Positions 1 through 9,217 of a stretch of 33,934 nt of DNA are shown here, one piece after another. The stretch covers positions 1-33,934 of the IMG/VR virus record IMGVR_UViG_3300032296_000132; one strand, 5' to 3'. The stretch's first letter is position 1, and the number at the start of each line of letters is the position of its first letter. Position numbers and translations under genes: made by a program. This DNA is from a virus (Duplodnaviria > Caudoviricetes). Under the pieces are notes generated by a model that saw only the letters and a program-made list of their open reading frames with translations, was not told where the DNA came from and did no database searches.

Positions 1-35
1 GCGGGCACTGCGCCGATATACAGATGATCAATCAT
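1..35 (-). CDS. 5' end of a leftward phage gene (partial, MIDHLYIGAVP...)
   Basis: Reverse-strand ATG at 35-33 preceded by SD-like AAGGGG, downstream of a leftward promoter; the frame runs off the window. Confidence 0.55.
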   Translation of the reverse strand, partial: MIDHLYIGAVP

Positions 36-89
36 GATGTTCCCCTTCTGTTGGTTGATGATCGGTCGGTATCTATCCGACATGAGCTA

Positions 90-117
90 ATATTATCATA
101 TCCCATAGGTATGTCAA
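90..117 (-). promoter_or_regulatory. Leftward sigma70-like promoter
   Basis: Minus strand reads TTGACA (117-112), 16 bp spacer, then TAATAT (95-90) preceded by TGn (extended -10). Confidence 0.65.
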
Positions 118-346
118 GTAAATCCGCCCTAGCCCCCCATCACCCCCATCCCCCTAAACGCGCAGATGGTTCCATCCGCTCCCTATACACTCTGTTCCGC
201 ACAAACGACTCCACAAAATCCCAAAATCAAGGTGATCAAGGTGAGCAAACACCCATCTAAGTTACCTACCCCCTAAGAAACTTTTAGCCTATACAAAAAA
301 TATTTCGCAAAAAATCCCCCAAACTTTATTGCCACAATAGCAACCC

Positions 347-374
347 TTTACATTCTTATTATTCCTGCTATAGT
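347..374 (+). promoter_or_regulatory. Rightward sigma70-like promoter for the packaging/structural operon
   Basis: TTTACA (347-352), 16 bp spacer, TGc-TATAGT (369-374), 33 nt before the first ORF; inverted repeat TATTG-CCA-CAATA at 327-339 just upstream. Confidence 0.6.
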
Positions 375-407
375 CGCGCAATCGTCACATAGGCCACAGG
401 AAGCTTA

Positions 408-974
408 ATGAATGTGATCGTCCCTAACATCGAGGAAGATATTCCTCTCCCAGCCTCTGCCCTAGAGGCCATGCCCCACTTGTCGCCTCATGAAGAGTTG
501 GAAATGCGGGCGCGTACTATTAAGTTAGTTGCTGACCTAAACAACACTCCCATCGAGCCAACGCCTGAGCACATTGATACTGCACGGGAAGTTGCCAAAC
601 AGATGATGCACAACCCAGCCCACAGGCCAGAGTTTGCAAAGTATCCGAACGAAGTAATGGCTTACTTAGCGGGTATGGTGGCGCAGTCAAACTGCATGAT
701 CGTCGAGGAACTCTCCGACCTAAAACTCTACGTAGTCAACAAGCTTGTCTCAGAAGTTGAAAATGCCAAGGACGCCAAGGCCAGAATCGCTGCACTATCC
801 AAGCTAGGCGAGGTCGATGGGGTCGATGCTTTCAAGAAGCGCAGCGAGATGACGGTCAAGATACAAAGTATTGAGGAAGTCGAGCGCGAACTAATTGAGA
901 CCCTGAATATGCTTGAAGATCAGGTGGTCGACGTGGAAGTCAGGGAGGTCGCCAATGGGCTTGGAGACGCTTAA
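408..974 (+). CDS. Probable terminase small subunit
   Basis: 188 aa helical protein directly upstream of and overlapping the large terminase; call is mainly positional. Confidence 0.55.
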   Translation: MNVIVPNIEEDIPLPASALEAMPHLSPHEELEMRARTIKLVADLNNTPIEPTPEHIDTAREVAKQMMHNPAHRPEFAKYPNEVMAYLAGMVAQSNCMIVEELSDLKLYVVNKLVSEVENAKDAKARIAALSKLGEVDGVDAFKKRSEMTVKIQSIEEVERELIETLNMLEDQVVDVEVREVANGLGDA

Positions 975-2481
975 ACTCTCTGCAACGGAACTAAATAGAC
1001 TGCGCGCGGCGCTGCCAAACATGCCTGAGAAGCAGAAAAGGCGCACCGCTGAGCTATTAAAGAAGTACAAAGAGGAAGTAACACGCGAAATCAGCAAGGA
1101 ATCGTTCCTCGATTTCGTAAAACACGTCTATCCGGGCTACAAAGTGGGGCCGCACCACTATAAATTAGCGAAAATCTTCGAAGAAATCGCTGCTGGCAAG
1201 AAAAAACGCGTGATTGTGAATATTGCACCGCGTCACGGCAAGTCTGAACTCATCTCTTACCTCGCTCCCGCATGGTTTTTGGGTAAATATCCCCAGAAAA
1301 AGGTCATTATGGCCTCTCACACGGCTGATTTGGCTGTTCAGTTCGGTCGTAGGGTGCGAAATCTCGTTGGATCGGAGTCTTATCATGACGTTTTTCCGCA
1401 AATTGAGCTACAAGCTGACTCGAAAAGTGCATCCAGATGGGGAACAAACTTCGGAGGAGAGTATTTCGCCATTGGTGTGGGTGGCGCTCTTGCTGGGCGG
1501 GGTGCTGATCTATTTATTATTGATGACCCCCATTCCGAACAGGAAGCCAAGCTGGGAAGACCAGAAGTGTTTTTACCTGCGTGGGAATGGTTCCAATCAG
1601 GGCCAATACAGCGTCTTATGCCGGGTGGGGCAATCATTGTAGTAATGACCAGATGGAGCAAACTTGATCTTACTGGACAGATTGTTACGCAGATGGAGCG
1701 CAGTGAGGATGTGGATCGCTGGGAAGTGGTGGAGTTCCCGGCAATCGACGAGAACGACAACGCTCTCTGGCCCGAATTCTGGCCGGTTGAAGAGCTGTTG
1801 GCGAAAAAGGCATCACTGGATATACGATACTGGAACGCACAGTACATGCAGCAACCGACCTCGGAAGAGGGAGCGCTTATAAAGCGTGAGTGGTGGAATA
1901 TGTGGGAAGAAGATGACCCACCGCAGTGCGAATTTACAATTATGTCGCTTGACGCGGCACAAGAAGCAAACAACCGATCTGACTTCAACGCCTTAACAAC
2001 ATGGGGTGTGTTCTACAACGAGGAAGTCAACAACTACAACATCATTCTCTTGAACTCAATCAAGAAACGAATGGAGTACCCCGAGCTAAAAGCACTCGTG
2101 CTTGAAGAGTATAGGGATTGGCAACCGGACGCGTTTATTGTGGAGAAGAAGTCCAGCGGTTCGGTGTTGTTTCAAGAGATGCGGCGTATGGGTGTGCCAA
2201 TACAAGAGTTCACACCGGGCAAAGGACAAGACAAGATTTCCCGCGTAAACGCAGTCTCTTCACTGTTTCATGGCGGTATTGTGTGGGCACCACACAGACG
2301 TTGGGCGATGGAGGTTATAGAAGAATGCAACGACTTCCCGTCTGGCATTAATGATGACTTGGTTGACTCGACTACGCTGGCTCTACTACGTTTCCGGCAA
2401 GGTGGGTTTATTAGGCTTGAGACTGACGAACCTGAAGAAATTCAGTTGTTCAAGTCGAAGCGACGTGTCGCTTACTATTAA
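955..2481 (+). CDS. terL: Terminase large subunit
   Basis: Walker A NIAPRHGKS, Walker B LFIIDD, coupling motif MTRW, nuclease acidic residues (SLD, NDDLVD). Start moved to ATG 955 because of SD GGGAGG at 943-948. Confidence 0.95.
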   Translation: MGLETLKLSATELNRLRAALPNMPEKQKRRTAELLKKYKEEVTREISKESFLDFVKHVYPGYKVGPHHYKLAKIFEEIAAGKKKRVIVNIAPRHGKSELISYLAPAWFLGKYPQKKVIMASHTADLAVQFGRRVRNLVGSESYHDVFPQIELQADSKSASRWGTNFGGEYFAIGVGGALAGRGADLFIIDDPHSEQEAKLGRPEVFLPAWEWFQSGPIQRLMPGGAIIVVMTRWSKLDLTGQIVTQMERSEDVDRWEVVEFPAIDENDNALWPEFWPVEELLAKKASLDIRYWNAQYMQQPTSEEGALIKREWWNMWEEDDPPQCEFTIMSLDAAQEANNRSDFNALTTWGVFYNEEVNNYNIILLNSIKKRMEYPELKALVLEEYRDWQPDAFIVEKKSSGSVLFQEMRRMGVPIQEFTPGKGQDKISRVNAVSSLFHGGIVWAPHRRWAMEVIEECNDFPSGINDDLVDSTTLALLRFRQGGFIRLETDEPEEIQLFKSKRRVAYY

Positions 2482-2490
2482 GGATAGATC

Positions 2491-4992
2491 ATGGTAATGG
2501 AAAAAGGGTTGTACGCGGCCCCGCAGGGCTTGGATCAGGCGAATATGGAGCCTGACTTGGAGATTGAGATTGAAGACCCGGAAGCTGTGCGCTTGCGCAC
2601 GGATGGACTAGAGATTGAGATTGAGCCTCGTGAGATGGACGACGAGGACTTTGAAGCGAACTTGGCTGAGTTTATTCCAGACAACGAGTTGTCGCTTCTT
2701 GCGAGTGAGTTGATTGATGCGTACGAGGAGGATGTATCTAGTCGTAAAGACTGGGTGCAGACATACGTTGACGGTCTTGATCTTCTTGGGATGAAACTCG
2801 ATGAGCGAACAGAACCTTGGGCGGGTGCTTGCGGAGTTACACACCCTCTTCTCACAGAAACGCTCGTCAAATTCCAGTCTGAGACGATCATGGAAACTTT
2901 CCCGGCTGCTGGGCCGGTTAAGACGAAAATTATCGGTAAAGAGACTTCTGAAAAGAAAGATGCGGCTGAACGCGTCAAAGACGATATGAACTATCGTCTG
3001 ACTGAAGAAATGCCTGAATACCGTCCTGAACACGAGCGTATGTTGTGGGGCTTGGGTCTGTCTGGTAATGCGTTCAAGAAAGTGTACTACGACCCGTCTC
3101 TTGGACGGCAGACAGCTATCTACGTTCCTGCTGAAGACGTAGTTGTACCGTATGGCGCATCATCACTAAGAACATGTGAGCGTGTAACTCACGTCATGCG
3201 CAAGACTCCAAACGAGCTACGCAAACTACAAGTATCGGGCTTTTATCTTGATGTTGACTTGGGCGACCCAGTTAATACCATTGAAGAAGTTGAGAAGAAG
3301 ATTGCAGAGAAACTCGGCTTTAGAGCTACTACTGACGACCGCTACAAGCTCCTTGAGATGCAGGTTGACTTGGACTTGCCCGGTTATGAGGATGTAGATG
3401 ATGAGGGTGAAGAGACAGGTATTGCGCTGCCATACATTGTAACTATAGAGAAGAGTACACAAACAATCCTCTCTATTCGCCGTAATTGGAGACCCGAGGA
3501 CAAGCTTCAACACAAGCGTATGCACTTCGTGCATTACGGCTATATCCCCGGTTTTGGCTTTTATTGCTTTGGTTTGATCCACTTGATCGGGGCATACGCG
3601 AAGTCAGGCACTTCTATATTGAGGCAGCTTGTTGACGCAGGTACGCTTTCAAACTTGCCGGGTGGATTGAAAACACGCGGTATGCGTGTCAAAGGCGACG
3701 ATACACCAATCTCTCCGGGTGAATTTAGAGACGTAGATGTACCAAGCGGCGCGATACGTGACAACATTTTGCCACTGCCGTACAAGGAACCATCACAAGT
3801 TTTGGCTGGATTGATGAATCAAATCATCGAAGAAGGCCGTAGGTTTGCCAGCGCGGCTGACTTAAAAGTCAGTGACATGTCTGCCCAATCCCCCGTTGGC
3901 ACGACGCTGGCTATTTTAGAGCGAACCCTGAAGATCATGTCAGCGGTTCAAGCGCGTATTCACTACGCGATGCACGAAGAGTTCCGCCTGTTAAAAGAGA
4001 TCATTCGTGACTTCACACCAGACAAGTATGACTACGAGCCAGTAGACGGTTCACGTCGCGCTAAACAGAGTGATTATGACTCGGTGGATGTAATTCCTGT
4101 TAGCGACCCGAATGCGGCGACGATGTCGCAGAAGGTTGTGCAGTATCAGGCGGTGTTTCAGTTGGCTCAGAGCGCACCACAACTATACGACTTGCCGCTA
4201 TTGCACCGTCAGATGGTTGAAGTACTAGGCGTGAAGAACGCGAACAAGTTAATTCCGATGGAGGATGACACTCGCCCGCGCGACCCCGTCACTGAGAACC
4301 AGAACATATTGATGGGTAAACCTGTCAAAGCGTTCTTGTATCAGGACCATCAAGCGCATATTGCTGTTCACATGGGCGCGATGCAAGACCCCAAGATTCA
4401 AGAAATCCTATCGCAGAACCCACAAGTTCAGATGATGCAAGCAGCAATGATGGCTCACATTAATGAGCACGTGGGCTATGAGTATCGCAAGCAGATGGAA
4501 GCAAACATGGGTCTCACGCTACCAAACTACGAGGAAGACGACGATGTAATGATCCCGAAAGAGATCGAAGTCGAAGTATCTCAACGTGCTGCACAAGCTA
4601 CACAACAACTTGTACAACAGCACATGCAAGAAGCCCAACAGCAACAGGCTCAACAACAGATGCAAGACCCGATCATACAGATGCAGATGCAAGAGTTGCA
4701 GATCAAACAGGCAGAAGTTCAGCGCAAGATCGCTAAAGATCAGCTTGATGCAGCAGCGAAAGATAAACAGATGGCGATTGAAATGGAGCGTATTAATGCT
4801 CAGAAAGAAATCGCTGGGGCAAATATGGCGGTTAAGACACATACTGACCGCATAAAGCTAGATAAACAGCAAGAAACTGAAGGCTTCCGCGCAGCAATAA
4901 ACTTGCAGCAGCAGCGTATGAATCAGCAGCAACAGAAATCCAAACCCCCACAGAAAGGGAAAGTAAATGAACGCAATAGAAGCGGCGGTTAA
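2491..4992 (+). CDS. Portal protein (P22-like, with Gln-rich C-terminal barrel)
   Basis: 833 aa directly after terL; GNAFKKVYYD motif; long Q/M-rich helical C-terminus. Confidence 0.9.
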   Translation: MVMEKGLYAAPQGLDQANMEPDLEIEIEDPEAVRLRTDGLEIEIEPREMDDEDFEANLAEFIPDNELSLLASELIDAYEEDVSSRKDWVQTYVDGLDLLGMKLDERTEPWAGACGVTHPLLTETLVKFQSETIMETFPAAGPVKTKIIGKETSEKKDAAERVKDDMNYRLTEEMPEYRPEHERMLWGLGLSGNAFKKVYYDPSLGRQTAIYVPAEDVVVPYGASSLRTCERVTHVMRKTPNELRKLQVSGFYLDVDLGDPVNTIEEVEKKIAEKLGFRATTDDRYKLLEMQVDLDLPGYEDVDDEGEETGIALPYIVTIEKSTQTILSIRRNWRPEDKLQHKRMHFVHYGYIPGFGFYCFGLIHLIGAYAKSGTSILRQLVDAGTLSNLPGGLKTRGMRVKGDDTPISPGEFRDVDVPSGAIRDNILPLPYKEPSQVLAGLMNQIIEEGRRFASAADLKVSDMSAQSPVGTTLAILERTLKIMSAVQARIHYAMHEEFRLLKEIIRDFTPDKYDYEPVDGSRRAKQSDYDSVDVIPVSDPNAATMSQKVVQYQAVFQLAQSAPQLYDLPLLHRQMVEVLGVKNANKLIPMEDDTRPRDPVTENQNILMGKPVKAFLYQDHQAHIAVHMGAMQDPKIQEILSQNPQVQMMQAAMMAHINEHVGYEYRKQMEANMGLTLPNYEEDDDVMIPKEIEVEVSQRAAQATQQLVQQHMQEAQQQQAQQQMQDPIIQMQMQELQIKQAEVQRKIAKDQLDAAAKDKQMAIEMERINAQKEIAGANMAVKTHTDRIKLDKQQETEGFRAAINLQQQRMNQQQQKSKPPQKGKVNERNRSGG

Positions 4993-5155
4993 AGAACTAA
5001 GGGAACGTCGGGCACAACTTTCCGATGCGTTAGCCAACAAAGCGGCTAAGTCCTTTGATGAGTATCAATTTATCTGCGGTGAAATACGAGGTCTCACCGC
5101 AGTTGAGACTTACCTTATAGACCTCGCAAAAAGAATGGAGCATGAAGATGACTGA
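4967..5155 (+). CDS. Small helical hypothetical protein
   Basis: 62 aa, SD-like AGGGA upstream, overlaps the portal end and the GroES start. Confidence 0.8.
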   Translation: MNAIEAAVKELRERRAQLSDALANKAAKSFDEYQFICGEIRGLTAVETYLIDLAKRMEHEDD

Positions 5156-5549
5156 ACTTGCCATCGCTACAGAAAGCGGTGAAGTATCAACACTGCCGGA
5201 AACAGCAGAAGAACGGGCTACACAACTGCCGCAACCTTCTGGCTACCACATTTTGGTAGCAATCCCTGAAATCGAAGCCAAATACGATAGCGGGATTATC
5301 AAGGCAGACTCAACCATGCACTATGAGGAGGTCCTTAGTACGGTCTTCTTTGTCGTGGAAATGGGGCCAGATTGCTACAAAGACGCAAGCCGATTCCCTA
5401 GTGGGCCGTGGTGCAAAAAGGGTGACTTTATCCTCGCGCGCCCGAACAGTGGCACAAGATTGAAGATTCATGGTCGGGAGTTTCGCCTGATTAATGATGA
5501 CTCAGTTGAAGCCGTTGTAGACGACCCACGCGGTATTTCACGAGCATAA
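5148..5549 (+). CDS. groES: GroES-like co-chaperonin
   Basis: PSGYHILV...SGII...VVEMGPD...KKGDFIL...GREFRLINDDSVEAVV follows the Cpn10 pattern (PLxDRVLV, SGGI, VAVGPG, VGDxV, E-DILAV). SD GGAG at 5137-5140 favours ATG 5148. Confidence 0.85.
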   Translation: MTELAIATESGEVSTLPETAEERATQLPQPSGYHILVAIPEIEAKYDSGIIKADSTMHYEEVLSTVFFVVEMGPDCYKDASRFPSGPWCKKGDFILARPNSGTRLKIHGREFRLINDDSVEAVVDDPRGISRA

Positions 5550-5558
5550 GGAGAATAT

Positions 5559-6515
5559 ATGGACAAGGAAGAATACAAGTTTCCGGACGAGATCGACCAG
5601 ACCAAAGCTTCAGCCCAAGAGGATGAAGAGGAGTTTGTCGTCGAGATCGAGGACGATACCCCGGAAGAAGATCGTGGTAAGGAACCCCTCCCTAAAGATA
5701 TTATTAATTCACTTGAAGCCCCAGAAGAGGGCGGAGAGTACCCTGAGGAAGTTATTGTCAAGTTTAAGCAGTATAAAAAAGCTTGGCATGACGAGCGCCG
5801 TGAGAAGGAGGCTGCGTTCCGTGAGCAAGAAGAAGCTCTGCGGATAGCACAGTCCATCCTAGAAGAGAACAAGCGTCTCAAAGCTACCTTGTCTACTGGT
5901 GAGCAAGAGTACATCGCAACGGTCAAAGCGGCGGCTGAAACCGAAGTGGAAGTGGCAAAGCGCAACTATCGGGAAGCCTATGACTCGGGCGATACTGATA
6001 AGTTAGTTGACGCACAGGAAGCCTTAATGCAGGCGTCTTTAAAGTTGGATCGCACAAAAAACTTTAAACCCACTTTACAAGAGGAAGAAACTGAGGTACA
6101 ACTGCCGCAAAGATCGCAACCTGATAACAAAACTCAGGTCGCTGATCCAAAGTTTCAAGATTGGCAACGTCGTAATTCAAATTGGTTCCAAAAGGACGAG
6201 GAGATGACCGACGCTGCAATGGGGTTGCATAAGAAGCTTTATCGTGAGTACGGCCCTGAATATATTGGTACTGACGATTATTATGAGCGCATCGACAAAA
6301 CGATCCGCAAGCGATTCCCAGAAGCTTTTAACGCTTCAGAAGTTGAGGTACAGAAACCTCAAAAAAGTAAACCGAGTACAGTCGTTGCTTCAGCTAAGCG
6401 GAGCACGGCTCCGAAGCAGATTAAGTTGACCCAGACACAAGCAGCGCTGGCTAAAAAATTTAAACTGACCCCGGAGCAATACGCCCGCGAAGTCCTCAAA
6501 TTGGAGAACAGATAA
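5559..6515 (+). CDS. Capsid scaffolding protein
   Basis: Acidic N-terminus, central coiled coil, basic C-terminal helix (LTPEQYARE); lies between portal and capsid; SD AAGGAG. Confidence 0.75.
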   Translation: MDKEEYKFPDEIDQTKASAQEDEEEFVVEIEDDTPEEDRGKEPLPKDIINSLEAPEEGGEYPEEVIVKFKQYKKAWHDERREKEAAFREQEEALRIAQSILEENKRLKATLSTGEQEYIATVKAAAETEVEVAKRNYREAYDSGDTDKLVDAQEALMQASLKLDRTKNFKPTLQEEETEVQLPQRSQPDNKTQVADPKFQDWQRRNSNWFQKDEEMTDAAMGLHKKLYREYGPEYIGTDDYYERIDKTIRKRFPEAFNASEVEVQKPQKSKPSTVVASAKRSTAPKQIKLTQTQAALAKKFKLTPEQYAREVLKLENR

Positions 6516-6961
6516 TGGCTGAGAACAGACTAACTCGTGAACTAGAAGCCCGTACACAACAGGAACGCCCCAAGCAGTGGGCACCTGCTGAGCTATTGCC
6601 AGAACCAGATAAACAGCCCGGTTTTGCGTACAGGTGGATTCGTGTCTCGACCTTGGATAAGGCCGACCCCCGTAACCTCTCAGCGAAGTTGCGTGAGGGT
6701 TGGGAGCCGGTAAAAGTGTCTGAGCAACCAAAGTTTCAACTGCTAATCGATCCAAATAGTCGCTTTAAGGACAATATTGAGATCGGTGGGCTGGTGCTTT
6801 GCAAGACTCCGCAGGAGTTGGTAACTCAGCGTAATGACTATTACGCGAACCAAACCCAAGCGCAGACGACTGCAATCGACAACAGCTTCATGCGGGAAAG
6901 CGATTCGCGGATGCCTCTTTTCTCTGAGAAGAAGTCCTCGACATCGTTCGGCAAAGGTTAA
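6515..6961 (+). CDS. Head-module hypothetical protein
   Basis: 148 aa, TAATG overlap with the scaffold gene; motifs YRWIR, REGWEPV, GGLVLCK. Confidence 0.75.
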   Translation: MAENRLTRELEARTQQERPKQWAPAELLPEPDKQPGFAYRWIRVSTLDKADPRNLSAKLREGWEPVKVSEQPKFQLLIDPNSRFKDNIEIGGLVLCKTPQELVTQRNDYYANQTQAQTTAIDNSFMRESDSRMPLFSEKKSSTSFGKG

Positions 6962-6981
6962 TAACTTTTTTGGAGTAAATC

Positions 6982-7623
6982 ATGGCACAAACTTCGCCTT
7001 ACCCAGCGATTACGGCCCCTTACGGCCTAAAGCCAATCAATCTGATTGGTGGTCAGGTGTTCGCCGGTGCAACTCGCCAACTCCCTATCACGACCGCTTC
7101 GATCAGCTACAACACCGCTATTTTTAACGGTGACGTGGTTGCTCTGACGGCTGATGGTGTGGTGGCTCTTGGCACCTTGGACACTGACACTTCCCCAGTT
7201 GCAGGTGTTGTCGGTGTATTCCTCGGATGCACTTACACTAACCCTGTAACTAAGCAACTGACTTTCTCCCAGTACTGGCCCGGTTTCGCCTCTGGCGTAA
7301 CTGATGCCAAGGCGTACATTGCCGACGATCCTGACCAGCTTTATAAGGCTGTCTCGGTTGGCGATACTGCTGGCACTACTGGTCTTACCCCTGTGGCACT
7401 GTCTCAGTCCACTCTGGGCAACAATGTGGTTCTGGTGTTGAACACTGGCTCGACCACTACTGGTAACTCGCGTATCGGTATTTACGCCAATGGCGTAACG
7501 ACTTCACTGCCTATGCGTGTAGTGGATATGGTGCCTGACACCGCAACCTCGGCTGGTTTCTTCGAAGTGATCGTTAAGTTCAACTTCGGTTACCACTCGT
7601 ACTACAACGCCACTGGCATTTAA
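6982..7623 (+). CDS. Probable capsid decoration/cement protein
   Basis: 213 aa, T/G/V-rich beta-type composition, directly upstream of the major capsid gene; SD GGAG. Confidence 0.6.
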   Translation: MAQTSPYPAITAPYGLKPINLIGGQVFAGATRQLPITTASISYNTAIFNGDVVALTADGVVALGTLDTDTSPVAGVVGVFLGCTYTNPVTKQLTFSQYWPGFASGVTDAKAYIADDPDQLYKAVSVGDTAGTTGLTPVALSQSTLGNNVVLVLNTGSTTTGNSRIGIYANGVTTSLPMRVVDMVPDTATSAGFFEVIVKFNFGYHSYYNATGI

Positions 7624-7634
7624 GGAGCATATAA

Positions 7635-8543
7635 ATGGCTATTTCACGCGCACAACTACTGAAAGAGCTGCTCCCCGGCCTGAACGCCCTGTTCGGTCTG
7701 GAGTATGCCCGCTATGGCGAAGAGCACAAGGAAATCTACGAAACTGAGACTTCCGAGCGTTCATTCGAAGAAGAAACCAAGCTGTCTGGCTTTAGTGCCG
7801 CACCGGTGAAGAACGAAGGTTCTGCAATCGCGTACGACAACGCACAAGAAGCATGGACTGCTCGCTACAACCACGAAACCATTGCTCTGGGTTTCTCGCT
7901 GACCGAAGAGGCCATCGAGGACAACCTGTACGACAGCCTGTCTGCTCGTTACACCAAAGCTCTGGCTCGTGCTATGGCTTACACCAAGCAAGTCAAAGCG
8001 GCTAACGTCCTGAACAACGGCTTCTCGTCTACTTACCCCGGTGGTGACGGTGTTGCTCTGTTCTCGGCTTCTCATCCGCTGGTAAATGGTGGCAACAACT
8101 CGAATATCCCTTCGACTGCTGCTGACCTGAACGAAACTTCGTTGGAAAATGCTGTGATTCAAATCGCTGCGTGGACTGACGAACGTGGTCTGCTGATCGC
8201 TGCTAAGCCTAAAAAGCTGGTCGTTCCTCCTGCTCTCCAGTTCGTTGCGACTCGCCTGTTGGAAACCGAACTCCGTGTCGGCACCAATGACAACGACGTT
8301 AACGCTCTGAAGAACAACGGTTCGATCCCAGAAGGCTATACGATCAACCACTTCTTGACCGACACGAACGCATGGTTCCTGACCACTGACGTTCCAAACG
8401 GCATGAAGCATTTTGTTCGTAGCCCACTGGCTAACTCGATGGACGGTGACTTTGACACCGGCAACGTCCGTTACAAGGCTCGTGAGCGTTATTCCTTCGG
8501 CTGGTCAGACCCATTGGGTATGTTCGGTTCGCAAGGCGCGTAA
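7635..8543 (+). CDS. Major capsid protein
   Basis: 302 aa, strong SD AAGGAG, biased codon usage, HK97-fold-type motifs (PKKLVVPPAL, RERYSFGWSD), followed by a terminator. Confidence 0.9.
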   Translation: MAISRAQLLKELLPGLNALFGLEYARYGEEHKEIYETETSERSFEEETKLSGFSAAPVKNEGSAIAYDNAQEAWTARYNHETIALGFSLTEEAIEDNLYDSLSARYTKALARAMAYTKQVKAANVLNNGFSSTYPGGDGVALFSASHPLVNGGNNSNIPSTAADLNETSLENAVIQIAAWTDERGLLIAAKPKKLVVPPALQFVATRLLETELRVGTNDNDVNALKNNGSIPEGYTINHFLTDTNAWFLTTDVPNGMKHFVRSPLANSMDGDFDTGNVRYKARERYSFGWSDPLGMFGSQGA

Positions 8544-8545
8544 GG

Positions 8546-8575
8546 AAAAAGGGGGCTTTACCGCCCCCTTTTTTT
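8546..8575 (+). terminator. Intrinsic terminator (potentially bidirectional)
   Basis: AAAAA-GGGGGC-TTTACC-GCCCCC-TTTTTTT right after the capsid stop. Confidence 0.9.
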
Positions 8576-8593
8576 GGTATATAAAGTAATAAA

Positions 8594-8664
8594 ACCGGGT
8601 GTACCCGGTATGTCGAACAGTCCCGGCTGACTTCATGCAGATCGACATACCTAACCGCATGAGG
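8594..8664 (+). ncRNA. Candidate cis-regulatory structured RNA (pseudoknotted 5' UTR)
   Basis: Perfect 10-bp stem 8607-8616/8642-8651, hairpin 8594-8609, and loop segment 8631-8638 complementary to 8657-8664 covering the SD; family not recognised. Confidence 0.6.
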
Positions 8665-8670
8665 AAAAAT

Positions 8671-9174
8671 ATGGCTCTCTCTACGACCCAAAGTATCTGG
8701 CGTTCGGGTGGCGGCGACAATACTCGCACCGCTTATTGTGGCACTGGCCTGATGGCTGCTAAGTTCTACATCGACCCAACTGCCGCTGACACCACAACTG
8801 TTAAAGTTTCTTCTGCTGCTGGTGCTCCAGCCGTGGTTCTTCCCGCTGGCGCAGTTATTGTCGAAATTCAAGCTAATGCTGCCGGTACTGGCGGTACTAC
8901 TCCTACATTTGACATGGGCTGGATCGGATACACCGACCCCACCGCTCTTGACGCAAATGGCCTGTTGAGCGCCGCTGATGCTGACGCAGGTAAGCAAGTA
9001 TTCAACTTTGCTTCCGCTACAGCGGGCGACGATCTTGGCGTGGCTATGTCCCTGACCCAGATGGTTACGCTTACAGGTGGCGCGACTACTGGCGACGGCC
9101 CAACCGGCGGTGCAATCACCGGCACAATCCTGTACTACGTTACTGATCCGCTGGTTGGTCAGCAGAACGTCTAA
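8671..9174 (+). CDS. Probable virion structural protein (minor capsid/decoration)
   Basis: 167 aa, A/G/T-rich; start ATG 8671 with SD GAGGA (the track start at 8599 lies inside the structured leader). Confidence 0.7.
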   Translation: MALSTTQSIWRSGGGDNTRTAYCGTGLMAAKFYIDPTAADTTTVKVSSAAGAPAVVLPAGAVIVEIQANAAGTGGTTPTFDMGWIGYTDPTALDANGLLSAADADAGKQVFNFASATAGDDLGVAMSLTQMVTLTGGATTGDGPTGGAITGTILYYVTDPLVGQQNV

Positions 9175-9182
9175 TAATCTTA

Positions 9183-9200
9183 GGGGCTTCGGCCCCCTTT
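9183..9200 (+). terminator. Hairpin, probable weak terminator
   Basis: GGGGC-TTCG-GCCCC with UUCG tetraloop and only a short T tract. Confidence 0.6.
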
Positions 9201-9217
9201 AAAACAAGGAGATTATT

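Noticed and set aside
24-260. 78-aa + strand ORF
   Set aside because: No SD; it overlaps the leftward gene start, its promoter and C-rich tracts, so it is probably spurious.
8594-8664. tRNA or hammerhead ribozyme identity for the structured leader
   Set aside because: No cloverleaf or T-loop consensus, and no CUGAnGA/GAAA catalytic core.
8599-8670. Longer N-terminus for ORF 8599-9174
   Set aside because: The GTG lacks an SD and lies in the structured leader; ATG 8671 has GAGGA. Starts were likewise moved for 913, 5142, 10253, 19547, 20103, 22650, 23647 and 26404.
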